In this document: positions 30,784 through 40,684 of the stretch, piece by piece
How the letters are laid out: each line of letters opens with the position of its first letter
Position numbering within the stretch: the first letter of the stretch is position 1
Source of the DNA: a virus
Taxonomy: Duplodnaviria > Heunggongvirae > Uroviricota > Caudoviricetes
Length of the DNA stretch: 64,000 nucleotides
IMG/VR virus record: IMGVR_UViG_3300038393_003162
Span: 1 to 64,000 of that record
Direction: 5' to 3' (one strand)
Notes under the pieces: model-generated
What the model was told of the DNA's origin: nothing
What the model saw: only the letters and a program-made list of their open reading frames with translations
Database searches by the model: none
Translations under genes and position numbers: made by a program

Positions 30784-31464
30784 CTAGATGGTGATCTCGC
30801 CGAAGTGGTAGCTCTCGACCTCGTCCCGCTTCTCCAGGATAGCTTTCACCCGCTCGACATTATCAACAGGGATGTAGAAAAGCACATCCTGATGATTCGC
30901 CATTTGATATCTGTCATAAGCGGGTTCGCCGATCGCATTGCCGAGAGCGATGGTCTCCTTAACTCCCATATCCTTACTCACAACCACCGTAAGCAAGGAC
31001 ATCGGCTCTTCCTCATCCTCGTCATCGAGGGAATCAGGAAGAATTGCTCTCACTTCCATGACCGCCCCGTCATCATCCTTGACGAGTTGAAGGTCGGTAA
31101 CATTGACATCGGGCAAGCCGCTCCCTGTGAGCGACAAGACCAAGACGGTATCGCCACCAAGGGGAGAATCCTTGATGGCTTGTTGAATCTTGGCGAGTGC
31201 CATATCCAACGTCACAGGCATTTTGATACTCCTATCTTTCCACCTTGATGTTCGGATACTTCTCGGCTTTGTCAACGACGTTAGTTTGAACACTTTGTAA
31301 CGATCCGACACAACCCATGCCGAGATTCCTTGTGATTTCGCCCACTCAGAATCCGCAACCACCTCAAACAGTTTCTTCAGATGTGGGAACGCGACTCCCT
31401 TCTCCGCATCATTGATTGCCGCTTGAAGATCAGAAGGATTGACTTTCTTCATGGGTCTCGACAT
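30784..31464 (-). CDS. hypothetical protein
   Basis: motif at 31515, GAGG RBS. Confidence 0.6.
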   Translation of the reverse strand: MSRPMKKVNPSDLQAAINDAEKGVAFPHLKKLFEVVADSEWAKSQGISAWVVSDRYKVFKLTSLTKPRSIRTSRWKDRSIKMPVTLDMALAKIQQAIKDSPLGGDTVLVLSLTGSGLPDVNVTDLQLVKDDDGAVMEVRAILPDSLDDEDEEEPMSLLTVVVSKDMGVKETIALGNAIGEPAYDRYQMANHQDVLFYIPVDNVERVKAILEKRDEVESYHFGEITI

Positions 31465-31946
31465 CAATAATTCCCTCAAAAACGTCCATAGGGATGAGTG
31501 GGCTTTCCTCATCCCTATGGGCGTTTCCGGTTTTAGTCTAGCCGACGGCTCTCGATGCTTCGATGCTCTCTCTCGATGTCAGACCAGCCCTGACGCACCA
31601 AACAAATGAGGCACATATCGATCATTCGTTGATCTGGTTCTTGATCCCCCCACGGATTCAGAGCCAAGGTCTCCATGCACTCGAAGTGTCCAGAATCAAC
31701 CGTGGTATAACCTACCTCTGTGATCTGGATAGTGTCGAAGATCGTCGCGTCATTAAAGTTGACAAAATTAATCGAGTACCCCACCATCGGCTAAATAGCG
31801 AGATTTGCTTCCCGTTCAGCCAAAACATACTCACCGTTCTTGTCGAACAACATGAACTTAACTCTGTACATTACTGTTCAATCTCCACAAAGAAAGGGAT
31901 GAGTTGGCTTTCCTCATCCCTAGAGGGTGTGTCCGGTTGTTGTCAC

Positions 31947-32702
31947 TCAGAGAGCGTCGAAGTCCTGCCCGCCGTTGTGATCGGGCGGAATGTCACGATG
32001 ACTCGGATCATAAGACTCGTCTTCAGGCGAGATCGGATCGGGATACCTCGATCCCGGTCCCCCTTCGACATCCTTATCAGGAAAGTAGAACTGGTCATAC
32101 GTCATCGAAACCATCTTCTCCACCCACGCTGCCGCGTTTCGCTTCAAGGCAAGCATGATCATGTCATCATGATTGCCGGGAACCGCATCGCCTTTCAGGT
32201 CGAGACGATAAGCCAAATCCCGAAGCGACCGTGTGTTCAGCCTCGCCTTGTTCGCGAGATTCGTGACCAATTCCGCCGTGATTGGTCCATTGAACTTGAT
32301 CTGGAGCCACCGTCCCCACTTGGGATAGCCTCCCTCGATCCAAGCAAACCGCTCCGCTGGGTTGTTGGGTCCGACCCATGTGTGATCATGGATCTCGTCG
32401 GGAGGCGGCTGAATGTTGTTCTCGTGTCCTTCCTTGAGAAACGGATCGTCTCCGCTCTCGTCGCTGTCCAAGTGCTTCTCCGCACAGTCCTCGCACGCGA
32501 CCATGTCGGACATCACATCTTCTTTGACGAAGAAGTTGGGAACCCAATACTGTTCCTCAGCTTCCGACTGCTCTACCTGCTTGTTACAGAAACAGCAGGT
32601 CACGATTGGGTCATTGTCCCACTCATCCAGAATGTTGGCTAGCGCACTCAATTCCCCTGTTACACGATTGAGTGCCGTCATCAGTCGCTCACGCAATTTC
32701 AT
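31947..32702 (-). CDS. hypothetical protein, paralog of 32816..33553
   Basis: CCFC..CEDC; IQPP.DEI.D.TWVGPN.PAER.AWIEG.YPKWG. Confidence 0.75.
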   Translation of the reverse strand: MKLRERLMTALNRVTGELSALANILDEWDNDPIVTCCFCNKQVEQSEAEEQYWVPNFFVKEDVMSDMVACEDCAEKHLDSDESGDDPFLKEGHENNIQPPPDEIHDHTWVGPNNPAERFAWIEGGYPKWGRWLQIKFNGPITAELVTNLANKARLNTRSLRDLAYRLDLKGDAVPGNHDDMIMLALKRNAAAWVEKMVSMTYDQFYFPDKDVEGGPGSRYPDPISPEDESYDPSHRDIPPDHNGGQDFDAL

Positions 32703-32815
32703 GGCTCTTTGGTCTCACTTAGAGGTAAGGTTGTTCCACCACTCAGGGCGTATCCGGTTTTTAGCAAGTAAAAGAAACAGAGGGGGAATATATTCCCCCT
32801 CGTTCCTGTGGTCAC

Positions 32816-33553
32816 TTACTTGCCGACACCGTAGTATTGGTCATAGGTCAGCGACAGAACCGAGTCGAGGTGATCCGACGGGTTCTGTTTCAAGGCACGA
32901 ATGATCATGTCCTCGAAATCGCCCGGAACGTTCTCACCCTTCAAACCGAGACGGTAAGCCAGGTCTTTAAGAGAGACGACGTTCTTTTTCGCCTTCTCCA
33001 TCAGCCCCTTGACCAATTCCTCCGTAATTGGACCGCTGAACTTGATCCGGAGCCACTGTCCCCACTTGGGATAGTTCCCCTCGATCCAGGCAAGCCGCTC
33101 AGCCGGATCGTTAGGTCCAACCCACGTCGAATCGTAGATCTCATCCCGAGGCGGCTGAATCTCGTCCTCGTGTCCTGCCTTCAGGAAAAATCCCGCAGCC
33201 CCGAGATACTGGATGTGTTCACTGGCACAACTCCCGCATGACGCCAAGCCCGCCCTGGTCTCGGGAGCGACGTAGAAATCCGAAAGCCATTCTTCCTGAT
33301 GTGACTCAACCAATGTCGCCGTGCGACAGCAGAAACAGCACGACACGAGCGGCTGCTCTTCCGGAATCCCCTTCTCGATCACTTTGGTCAAGTTGCTGAT
33401 GGCGGGGTCGAAATGTCCCAGCAAGACAACCCCCGACGCGATCACCGTCAAAGGCGACGGCTTGACGTGTTCCGACTCCGACAACCGAGCGATCATTGCC
33501 CTCTTCGCCCGATCCGTCGCCTCTCTGATTTGTTGGTTTCTTGTCTTTTCCAC
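32816..33553 (-). CDS. hypothetical protein, paralog of 31947..32702
   Basis: same conserved block; start approximate. Confidence 0.7.
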   Translation of the reverse strand: MEKTRNQQIREATDRAKRAMIARLSESEHVKPSPLTVIASGVVLLGHFDPAISNLTKVIEKGIPEEQPLVSCCFCCRTATLVESHQEEWLSDFYVAPETRAGLASCGSCASEHIQYLGAAGFFLKAGHEDEIQPPRDEIYDSTWVGPNDPAERLAWIEGNYPKWGQWLRIKFSGPITEELVKGLMEKAKKNVVSLKDLAYRLGLKGENVPGDFEDMIIRALKQNPSDHLDSVLSLTYDQYYGVGK

Positions 33554-33609
33554 GTGCGTTGAACTCCCTAAGGTGAACTTAATCTCACCCCTAAAGGATG
33601 TATCCGGGT

Positions 33610-34062
33610 TTAGGACTGGTCCTTCTCGATCGCGACCAATTCCCGCAACTGAACCCGCATTCCCTCGCACTGCTCTCGAAGAGTCACGGGATCAATTCCC
33701 CCGAGCCGTTTACGATTCCGACTCTCGTTGTCAATCATATAACTAATGATGTTGTATTTAGATCCAGTCCCCATATCCAATTTCGTCAACACCATCCACA
33801 CGCTCGACACGCTCAGACGACCCCCGCCCATCGCATGCTTGGCAGGCGGAACGTAAGCAGGATTCTTGATGATGCCAAGCCACTTCTCAGTCTCTTGTTC
33901 AAGCTCCTGGATAAGTGGATCATCCTTCCCCAACAACAACCCAGCCGCGTTGACCAACGACCCTATCAGAGTCGGATCGGATGAGTCCAGACGTTTCCGG
34001 ATCTCAGCGACGATCTTGGCTTCAAGCTTCTTCACCTTCTCAGGCTTTTGTCCCTTGCTCAT
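33610..34062 (-). CDS. hypothetical protein
   Basis: motif at 34097, GGGGAG RBS; stop at the motif. Confidence 0.7.
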   Translation of the reverse strand: MSKGQKPEKVKKLEAKIVAEIRKRLDSSDPTLIGSLVNAAGLLLGKDDPLIQELEQETEKWLGIIKNPAYVPPAKHAMGGGRLSVSSVWMVLTKLDMGTGSKYNIISYMIDNESRNRKRLGGIDPVTLREQCEGMRVQLRELVAIEKDQS

Positions 34063-34324
34063 CGTATCTCCCCTTGTGTTGACTTTACTTCACCACGCAG
34101 GGCGTATCCGGTTATTGGTCGCTTCAACCCAACACTACCTGTAACCTTGTTCATCTCGTCAAGTTTGCTCTCAACCGTCACGTTTACCTGTATCTCCCAA
34201 CGCGGGCGGGTCGCCTGACACCCACAAGCACATACACACATACACAAAATAAACAATCTCATATCTGTTCCTCCATGAAAAAAGGGGAGTGAGAATGTTC
34301 TCACTCCCCTTGATGTCGATCCGA

Positions 34325-35545
34325 TTACTTGCCGTTGCGAGCCGGGATCGAGGTCTGGTTCGCTCGCACCAACTTGTGAAGCGACTCGAAGTCGGCTTCA
34401 TCGTTGAGCAGTCCGTTCTCCTTCAGGAAGACGAACATGGTTTTCTGCGAGTCCCTCACAAGCTTGTACAAGATACGTTCAAGCTCTTTTTCGCCCGTCT
34501 TCTCGCCCGTGAGGAACTTCTTCGTCAGAGTCGTGCAGAACTCCCGAACCGCAACGAATTCGCCAGGACTGATCATGTTCTCAGCCCACTTGCGAACCAT
34601 CTTGGTCGACACCTGCATCCGGGGGTTGGTGCCGTTCCCCTCGCCCTCTTTCTTACCCTTGCCTTTGCCTTTGCCTTTGCCGCCGCCCTTGCCGGAACCC
34701 GAAGAGCCGTTGGTCTCCCCCTCGTCTCCCTCGTCTCCCGAATCCCCGTTATCTCCCTCGTCGCCATTCTCGTCGAACGGGGAATTGTCGTCTTCGTTGT
34801 CGTCGTCGGTGTCCATGTCCTCGGTCGCATCGGCGAGACGGAACTTGATCAGTTCCAGCGTCACCTTCTTGCCCTCACGGATCATGCCGTAGAACTCCTC
34901 CTGGAGTGACTCCGACAATTCCGTGATCTTAGCACAGACACGCCACGAAAGCTTATTGGGGGCGTTCTTGGCAGGAACCCGAGCGAGTCGCTCCTGAATG
35001 TCGCTCGGGCATTCCAGAAGCTTCGCGTACTGGCTCACCACCGATTGGTCGTAGCCGATGATCTCTGTGGCGATCTGCTTGGACGTCATCCCGCACACGT
35101 CCCGAGCATACTTGATGAGCCCCGCGTAGTCCATCGCGGTCATCGGCTCGCGGTCGAGGTTCTCACCCTTGTTGTACTTCAGCCGGTCAATGTTGTTCCC
35201 TTTCGGGACCAAATTAACCTTTAACTTGAAGTCGGGCTCATGGACGTGGATAACCTTGCCGTCCTCATCCGTATAATCGAACCCGTTGACGATCAGCATC
35301 CCCGCCGCGTGACGATTGAAACCCGCAACCACATCTAGGCTTTTGTCGGGAAGCCGCGTAACGTCGATCGGATCGCGGTTGCCCTCGATCGACATCCGAT
35401 ATGCGAGCTTCGGAACCCACTGATCCTCCGGGTCCACACCCGCCGAAAACCACCGTGAGTGGTTGTTCTTCGGATCAGCCGAAATGTGAAGCGGGGACAC
35501 CATCGTGATCGACTTCACATCGATGACATTCGGGTCTTTCGCCAT
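34325..35545 (-). CDS. ParB/Spo0J-like protein (ParB N-domain plus HTH) with acidic and G/K-rich linker
   Basis: DVVAGFNRHAA, ENLDREPMTAMD, MTSKQIATEIIGYDQSVVSQYAKLL. Confidence 0.75.
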   Translation of the reverse strand: MAKDPNVIDVKSITMVSPLHISADPKNNHSRWFSAGVDPEDQWVPKLAYRMSIEGNRDPIDVTRLPDKSLDVVAGFNRHAAGMLIVNGFDYTDEDGKVIHVHEPDFKLKVNLVPKGNNIDRLKYNKGENLDREPMTAMDYAGLIKYARDVCGMTSKQIATEIIGYDQSVVSQYAKLLECPSDIQERLARVPAKNAPNKLSWRVCAKITELSESLQEEFYGMIREGKKVTLELIKFRLADATEDMDTDDDNEDDNSPFDENGDEGDNGDSGDEGDEGETNGSSGSGKGGGKGKGKGKGKKEGEGNGTNPRMQVSTKMVRKWAENMISPGEFVAVREFCTTLTKKFLTGEKTGEKELERILYKLVRDSQKTMFVFLKENGLLNDEADFESLHKLVRANQTSIPARNGK

Positions 35546-35783
35546 GATCAAACCTCTCTCACTTGAAAATGTGTTCAGAACTCGTTTGTCGCGTCAGTCT
35601 CGTTTCCGACACCCCGAAGGATGTATCCGGGTTTTCTTGACCGATCCGATGGGCTTATTCTAGACTCGCCCATTCCAATCCGTCAACCAATTTCTTCACA
35701 ATCGGTCACATTTTTTCCTGGTAGTGTACACTCGTTCCTAACATTGTACACTACCAGGAAACGTAACCGCATTGACAAAATAC

Positions 35784-36371
35784 CTAGGGCTTGCTTCTCA
35801 ACCCGCCCTCGTACAGTATCCGATGGATCGCACGCCAAACCATGTCGTCCTCGATGTTGCCGCCCCCATCAGCTTCCGCCCACGAGACAATCAACTCCAT
35901 CAACTCGTTTTTCTTCTCCCGGAGTAACCGATTTGCCGCCTCACGGTTACCCTTGCGAAGACGCTTGATGATCTCCTGTCCCGTAAGATAAACAGACGTC
36001 CGAGGATAGCTCTCCGCGTCATACACGTAATCACGACTCAAGTCCAACCGCCCGACCACCGCACCATCCTTGCCATCCTTGAAGAGATCCGACGATGCCG
36101 CCTTGCAGGTCGACTCCACCATCGGCCAGGCGTTCAACTCGATCAGAGGGAACACGTCATCCTTCCAAACCGAAGTCCACGGCAACCTCTCACACATCTT
36201 CAGGAAATCCGCCCGCGACGGTGGACGGCTGAAGTTAAAGACGGACGGGCGGTAATACGCCGGGTTCGTCTCAATGTCAGACGGATAGCCCGCAATCTCC
36301 AGCGGCTGCACCCCCGCCTCGACCGCCCGTGACCAATCACTAACCTTCAACACCCAAATCTCTGTCCTCAT
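35784..36371 (-). CDS. hypothetical protein
   Basis: motif at 36412, AGGGGG RBS. Confidence 0.7.
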   Translation of the reverse strand: MRTEIWVLKVSDWSRAVEAGVQPLEIAGYPSDIETNPAYYRPSVFNFSRPPSRADFLKMCERLPWTSVWKDDVFPLIELNAWPMVESTCKAASSDLFKDGKDGAVVGRLDLSRDYVYDAESYPRTSVYLTGQEIIKRLRKGNREAANRLLREKKNELMELIVSWAEADGGGNIEDDMVWRAIHRILYEGGLRSKP

Positions 36372-36438
36372 CAGATTGTTCCCCCTTATGATTTGGTCAT
36401 CTCTTCATCACTAAGGATGTGTCCGGCTATTACTCAAA

Positions 36439-36744
36439 TCAGAGCGACAATGCCAAGCCCGTCTCTTCGCTGATGATCCGATGAAGATCGCTCACGAACA
36501 CACCAGCAACCGACTTCTCGGAGAGCCTGAAGCCAGGCGCACGACCAATTTTGTAAAACGTCACCGTGTACGGATCGTCTGGCGTCAACTCCACCTTGAT
36601 CTTCTTCCACTGCCGACAACCACGAATGTTGAAGACCAAAGCGTTCGTGTCGGCAATGTAATCCGTCGTCCCCATCATCACAAACGCCTTATGACCAATC
36701 TGATCCTTGATCGTCTGAGCAACCCTGTGCTTAGTCAGCGTCAT
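36439..36744 (-). CDS. conserved phage hypothetical protein
   Basis: AQTIKDQIG..AFVMMG...I.VEL..DD.YTVTF; GAGG RBS. Confidence 0.7.
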   Translation of the reverse strand: MTLTKHRVAQTIKDQIGHKAFVMMGTTDYIADTNALVFNIRGCRQWKKIKVELTPDDPYTVTFYKIGRAPGFRLSEKSVAGVFVSDLHRIISEETGLALSL

Positions 36745-36906
36745 TGGCAACACCTCAGATGAAGAGTGTTCGGTCTTACACCCCAAAGGGTGAATCCGGT
36801 TTTAATCTCGCTCTAAAATTATAAAAAAACCGGATCAGCAAACCATAAAGGTCTACCGATCCGGTTCATTGAATTGATATGATGTGATGCCGGAATGCTC
36901 AGAAGA

Positions 36907-37536
36907 TCAGGCTTGAACCAAGCTGTTCTTCACGTTCCCGCGACCCTTCTTGGGAGCGGGAATCGCTTCGGTCTTGGACGCCTGACCCTTCTTGACGACC
37001 ACGGATACCGGAGCGTCAACCTTGCGTGGTCGTCCAGGTCCCCGCTTCGTGACAGCCACGGACACCGGAGCGTCAACCTTACGAGGACGACCCACCGGAC
37101 GCTTCGCCTCGTCAGACGGTCGCGTGTCGAACACTATCCAGCCGTTGCGTCCCTTCCTCGCGTCCACCTTGTGAGGGAAGTGGAGGTTGACGAGCTCCGG
37201 ATATGCCCGGAAAAACTTCGTGACCGAGGCACGAAGCCGACGCTCGCTGTTGCCGTGCCGCCCGAGAATCAACCCCTGGTCGGAATCCGCCACGTCCTTC
37301 CGAATCCCCACCTGTCCCGTACTGGCATCGAAGCCAAGACGGATCTTATCCCCCCAGGCTAACCCGAACTTCTCCAACGCCACCGCACCGAAGATCAGCA
37401 TGTAACCGGGGCGATCCGGCTTGCCCGTCTTGATGAACTGGACCCACGGTCCGCGCCGACCCTCGCCCGACGGAGCCGACTTGCCATTGGTCTTCGTCGC
37501 ACCCGTCGCTTTCTTCTCGTACAACTCGAAAGCCAT
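36907..37536 (-). CDS. AT-hook-containing DNA-binding protein
   Basis: KRPVGRPRK and KRGPGRPRK within a duplicated GRPRKVDAPVSV unit. Confidence 0.7.
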   Translation of the reverse strand: MAFELYEKKATGATKTNGKSAPSGEGRRGPWVQFIKTGKPDRPGYMLIFGAVALEKFGLAWGDKIRLGFDASTGQVGIRKDVADSDQGLILGRHGNSERRLRASVTKFFRAYPELVNLHFPHKVDARKGRNGWIVFDTRPSDEAKRPVGRPRKVDAPVSVAVTKRGPGRPRKVDAPVSVVVKKGQASKTEAIPAPKKGRGNVKNSLVQA

Positions 37537-37774
37537 CGGAACACCTTCTTTCTGTGATGAACTGGTTGAATGCCCCTCACAACTACGGCAAAGGGCGTGT
37601 CCGGTTTTTGGTCTTGATGACCTTGTTCTTGAAACCTAGCCGACAAATCATCTCTTCGGCTAGACGCGGCTCACAACAAGCAAGTCCTGTGCCCGTCCAC
37701 GATCACGATGACAAAATAATTTCAGGCACCACACCCTCTATACGGACAAGACCCGGATCAGGTTCAGACAATTC

Positions 37775-38146
37775 TCAGAGAATCGTCAAAATTCGATCCG
37801 AGTTGAACCGGAGAAATCTCCCCGACCCGTCATACTCCGCATAGTAGCCACGATGACATGTGGGACAATAAATATGGCATCGCTTCAACTCCCCCTTAAC
37901 CATCGCATGCCATACCGTAGCGTCACGCTCGCACCGGACCTGAACGACTAACAAGTCGCTAACCTCGTAGGTCGCCACCGTCGTTGGATTGCCAGGTGAT
38001 CGCCCCTTGATCGCTTCTCCCTTCCCTAAGTCCTTATCAGACATAGGATAAGGCATGCTGATTGTCTCCAAAATCTCTCCCGTCGATATCTGACGGACCA
38101 GCATGTTCGGTTTCAGTGTCACTGATTCGACACGCTTTTTCATCAC
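37775..38146 (-). CDS. hypothetical protein
   Basis: AGGGGG RBS; TTGACT..TATTAT promoter at ~38181-38210. Confidence 0.6.
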   Translation of the reverse strand: MMKKRVESVTLKPNMLVRQISTGEILETISMPYPMSDKDLGKGEAIKGRSPGNPTTVATYEVSDLLVVQVRCERDATVWHAMVKGELKRCHIYCPTCHRGYYAEYDGSGRFLRFNSDRILTIL

Positions 38147-38399
38147 GCCCCCTTTCAGAAACGACCGTTCTTATGCCTTAATAATAAGCGTTACGTTGCG
38201 GCAGAGTCAACAGAATAATTCAAAGTCGTTAAAGTTTCTATTTCGAACACCTACTACTACAGCAGTAAAATCCTGACATGTTTACCATAAACAACATTTA
38301 TTGTGTTACGATCCCTCAAAAGCCCTCGCTGCCATTCAAGAATTCTCCGTAAATGAGCCGAAAAGCAACGATTTGCTCATTTACGGAGAATTCCCCTGC

Positions 38400-38723
38400 T
38401 CACCCCTTCACAGAAACATGCTCTCCTGTGATCGTATGACCAGAGTGAACAACCGCTTCAAGCGTGTCCACAATGCAGGTCATCCCGTAACAATTCAACT
38501 CGCCCCCACTCGCTACATGAGAAGCAACCTTCAAGAAATCGCCCTGTAGCCGTTCCGCCTCTTCCAGGTCCCCATGAACGACAACTACCGCCTTAGCCAT
38601 CATCTTCAATGCCGTAGCCGTCGGGTCGTCCAACGAACCGAAGACCCGAATAACAATCTGGTAACGACGCTGTTTGTCGTACAGCTTGCCGCTTGCTGTC
38701 CGATCCCGAGCGAACATGTTCAT
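38400..38723 (-). CDS. hypothetical protein
   Basis: motif at 38770, GGAG RBS. Confidence 0.65.
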   Translation of the reverse strand: MNMFARDRTASGKLYDKQRRYQIVIRVFGSLDDPTATALKMMAKAVVVVHGDLEEAERLQGDFLKVASHVASGGELNCYGMTCIVDTLEAVVHSGHTITGEHVSVKG

Positions 38724-38789
38724 TCTGTTAACTCCATCCCTTTGAGCGTGGGAGATACACTTTCCACGCTCAAAGGGTGCGTCCTGTCA

Positions 38790-40202
38790 TTAACCGTTGA
38801 ACGACTCTTCCATCAGCATGCCCGAAACACGAAAGCTGAAGTCCTGTAGGTCGCGTGTACAGTCCCCCGACTTCGTGATCGCATGGCTGAACTCTTCCAG
38901 CACGACCTTGATGAACAGGTAGCCGGTCGACTCCAACGTGTCACGGGACAGCCCCACCGTATCCCGCCGATGATCGTAGTAGCCGCCTACAACCCGTCCA
39001 GCGTCCATCACATCGGCATAGCCTTCCAAGACAGGCATCGCACGCCCCCGAGTCAAGCCCAGCCGCTCCAGACACTTCCACACCCGCTGGCACTTCTCCA
39101 GGTGCTTGGCGGTCAAGTCCACCTTCACCCGACCCAATGCCTCGAAATGATCCAAGACATCGATCGCCGTCTTCACGCCCATAGACGCCAGAGTCTCGTG
39201 AAGCTCCGAAGAGACGACAACAGCCGTATGCCCCTTCATCTCCACCGCATCCACGAAACGGCTCTCCTCGCAGCACACCGCCTGCTCGCCGAATACCTCC
39301 TTCCATGCTTGGAGCCACCGCTGCGACACCTCAACCCCATCCGTATCGTATGAGCGAATCTTCATATAATACGAATCAAGTTCCATCTCGTAGGCGTTCA
39401 GGTCCCCTCCCGGTCTCAGGTTCCGGAGATACTCGACCAAAATCGAAACCGGAGCGTTCCGGATCGCACGACCAATCACCTCGCGAGAATCGCTCTCGCT
39501 GATGATCCGTGCCTCGTTCAGATGGATCTCGTTCAGGTTGTAGTCGAACAGCGACCGACTCCCGAACTCCCCAACCAAAACACCCTTGCGATAGACTCGC
39601 GCCGGTGTCCCGTCGATCCGCTTCGGCATGATCGGCTCGGACGGCTCCCAATCGCGATTGAACATGAGGAAATGCTTGGCGAGCTCGTTGTAGTACGCTT
39701 GGACGGCTGACGTTCCCTCAATGTAGATCCGCGTGACATCCTTCTTCGCCCGAATCTCTTCCTCTTCCACCCACGTAACCTTGGCATTCTTCGTGTCGAT
39801 CCCCTGAATCACGCAACCGTCGATCGCGTTCGACACGAACTCGCGAACCGCCATCCCGACATCGGTCCAGTCGATCGCACCGAACCCCATGTCAAAACCC
39901 AACGGCTTCGACTTCCGCCCAGATCCCGAAATCTGCTTCATGACCACTTCGTTGACGGAAACCCGACGCCCCGCCGCATCCTTCGTTGCTCGTGAGTCCG
40001 TCTCGAACTCGAACCCGTCATTCCCAAGGTAAACCCGGAACTCGACGCCCTTCCTCAAAAGAAGAGCAATCGAGAACTTGAACCCACTCCCGAACTGTCC
40101 AATCAGGCTCTCGTTGCCACGTGCCGCCGACGCTCCAACAATCGTCAACAGTTCCGTGCCAACGACGCCGGGATTCTCGATGAGAAGGTACGTCTTGCTC
40201 AT
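38790..40202 (-). CDS. GHKL (HATPase_c-like) ATPase with permuted motif order and HExxH-like C-terminus
   Basis: IENPG, IGQFGSGFK, then AVREFVSNAID; C-terminal VVLEEFSHA. Confidence 0.7.
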   Translation of the reverse strand: MSKTYLLIENPGVVGTELLTIVGASAARGNESLIGQFGSGFKFSIALLLRKGVEFRVYLGNDGFEFETDSRATKDAAGRRVSVNEVVMKQISGSGRKSKPLGFDMGFGAIDWTDVGMAVREFVSNAIDGCVIQGIDTKNAKVTWVEEEEIRAKKDVTRIYIEGTSAVQAYYNELAKHFLMFNRDWEPSEPIMPKRIDGTPARVYRKGVLVGEFGSRSLFDYNLNEIHLNEARIISESDSREVIGRAIRNAPVSILVEYLRNLRPGGDLNAYEMELDSYYMKIRSYDTDGVEVSQRWLQAWKEVFGEQAVCCEESRFVDAVEMKGHTAVVVSSELHETLASMGVKTAIDVLDHFEALGRVKVDLTAKHLEKCQRVWKCLERLGLTRGRAMPVLEGYADVMDAGRVVGGYYDHRRDTVGLSRDTLESTGYLFIKVVLEEFSHAITKSGDCTRDLQDFSFRVSGMLMEESFNG

Positions 40203-40265
40203 GGGGATCTCGCTTTCCTGGGGTGAGAGAATGTCTATCCGTCGCTACTCAGGGCGAATCCGGTT

Positions 40266-40523
40266 TTAATCACCAAACCACCACATCGCATGATATCGGC
40301 AATAAACCCGGTTCTGAAGACTATCGATCAATCGGTCGTATCCATGGCGTGTGCCATCCGTCTGCAGTGACATGTCCGTATACAAAATATCTCGACTTAA
40401 TGGCATCTCGCAGAATCGACAACATACTTCCCTCTTTAAGAGGATGTCGTCGATCCTTTGAAGCCCATAGCCGTTGACGATCTCTCGCCACTTGGTCTTG
40501 TCTCCTCCCCTGTTCTTCACCAT
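40266..40523 (-). CDS. hypothetical protein (CRFC..CRYH)
   Basis: GGAGG upstream; motif at 40560. Confidence 0.6.
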   Translation of the reverse strand: MVKNRGGDKTKWREIVNGYGLQRIDDILLKREVCCRFCEMPLSRDILYTDMSLQTDGTRHGYDRLIDSLQNRVYCRYHAMWWFGD

Positions 40524-40684
40524 CGCTCATCCGCCCTCCATCTAATGCCTACCTCGCCTCAAAGGGTGAATCCGGTTTTTGCCCGGCATTTTAAAAAATA
40601 AAAATGCGGTTGCGGTCCATTGTGCCACAACGACACACGGACCGCAACCGCATAATAACCGCCTACAGGATTGACAAAATATCT

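Larger units (their letters stand above)
7104..40681. repeat. dispersed long palindromes followed by ACAAAA(T), about 16 copies
   Basis: e.g. 13651 TCAATCATGCCTGAATAC-N10-GTATTCAGGCATGATTGA CAAAAT; also ~7104, 8052, 9189, 9540, 10895, 11665, 12586, 14529, 15221, 16558, 18824, 21676, 25550, 35721, 40604. Confidence 0.85.

Noticed and set aside
7104-40681. TTGACA in palindrome flanks as plus-strand -35 boxes
   Set aside because: Many copies read TAGACA, TAAACA or TATACA, and no -10 box follows at 17 bp.
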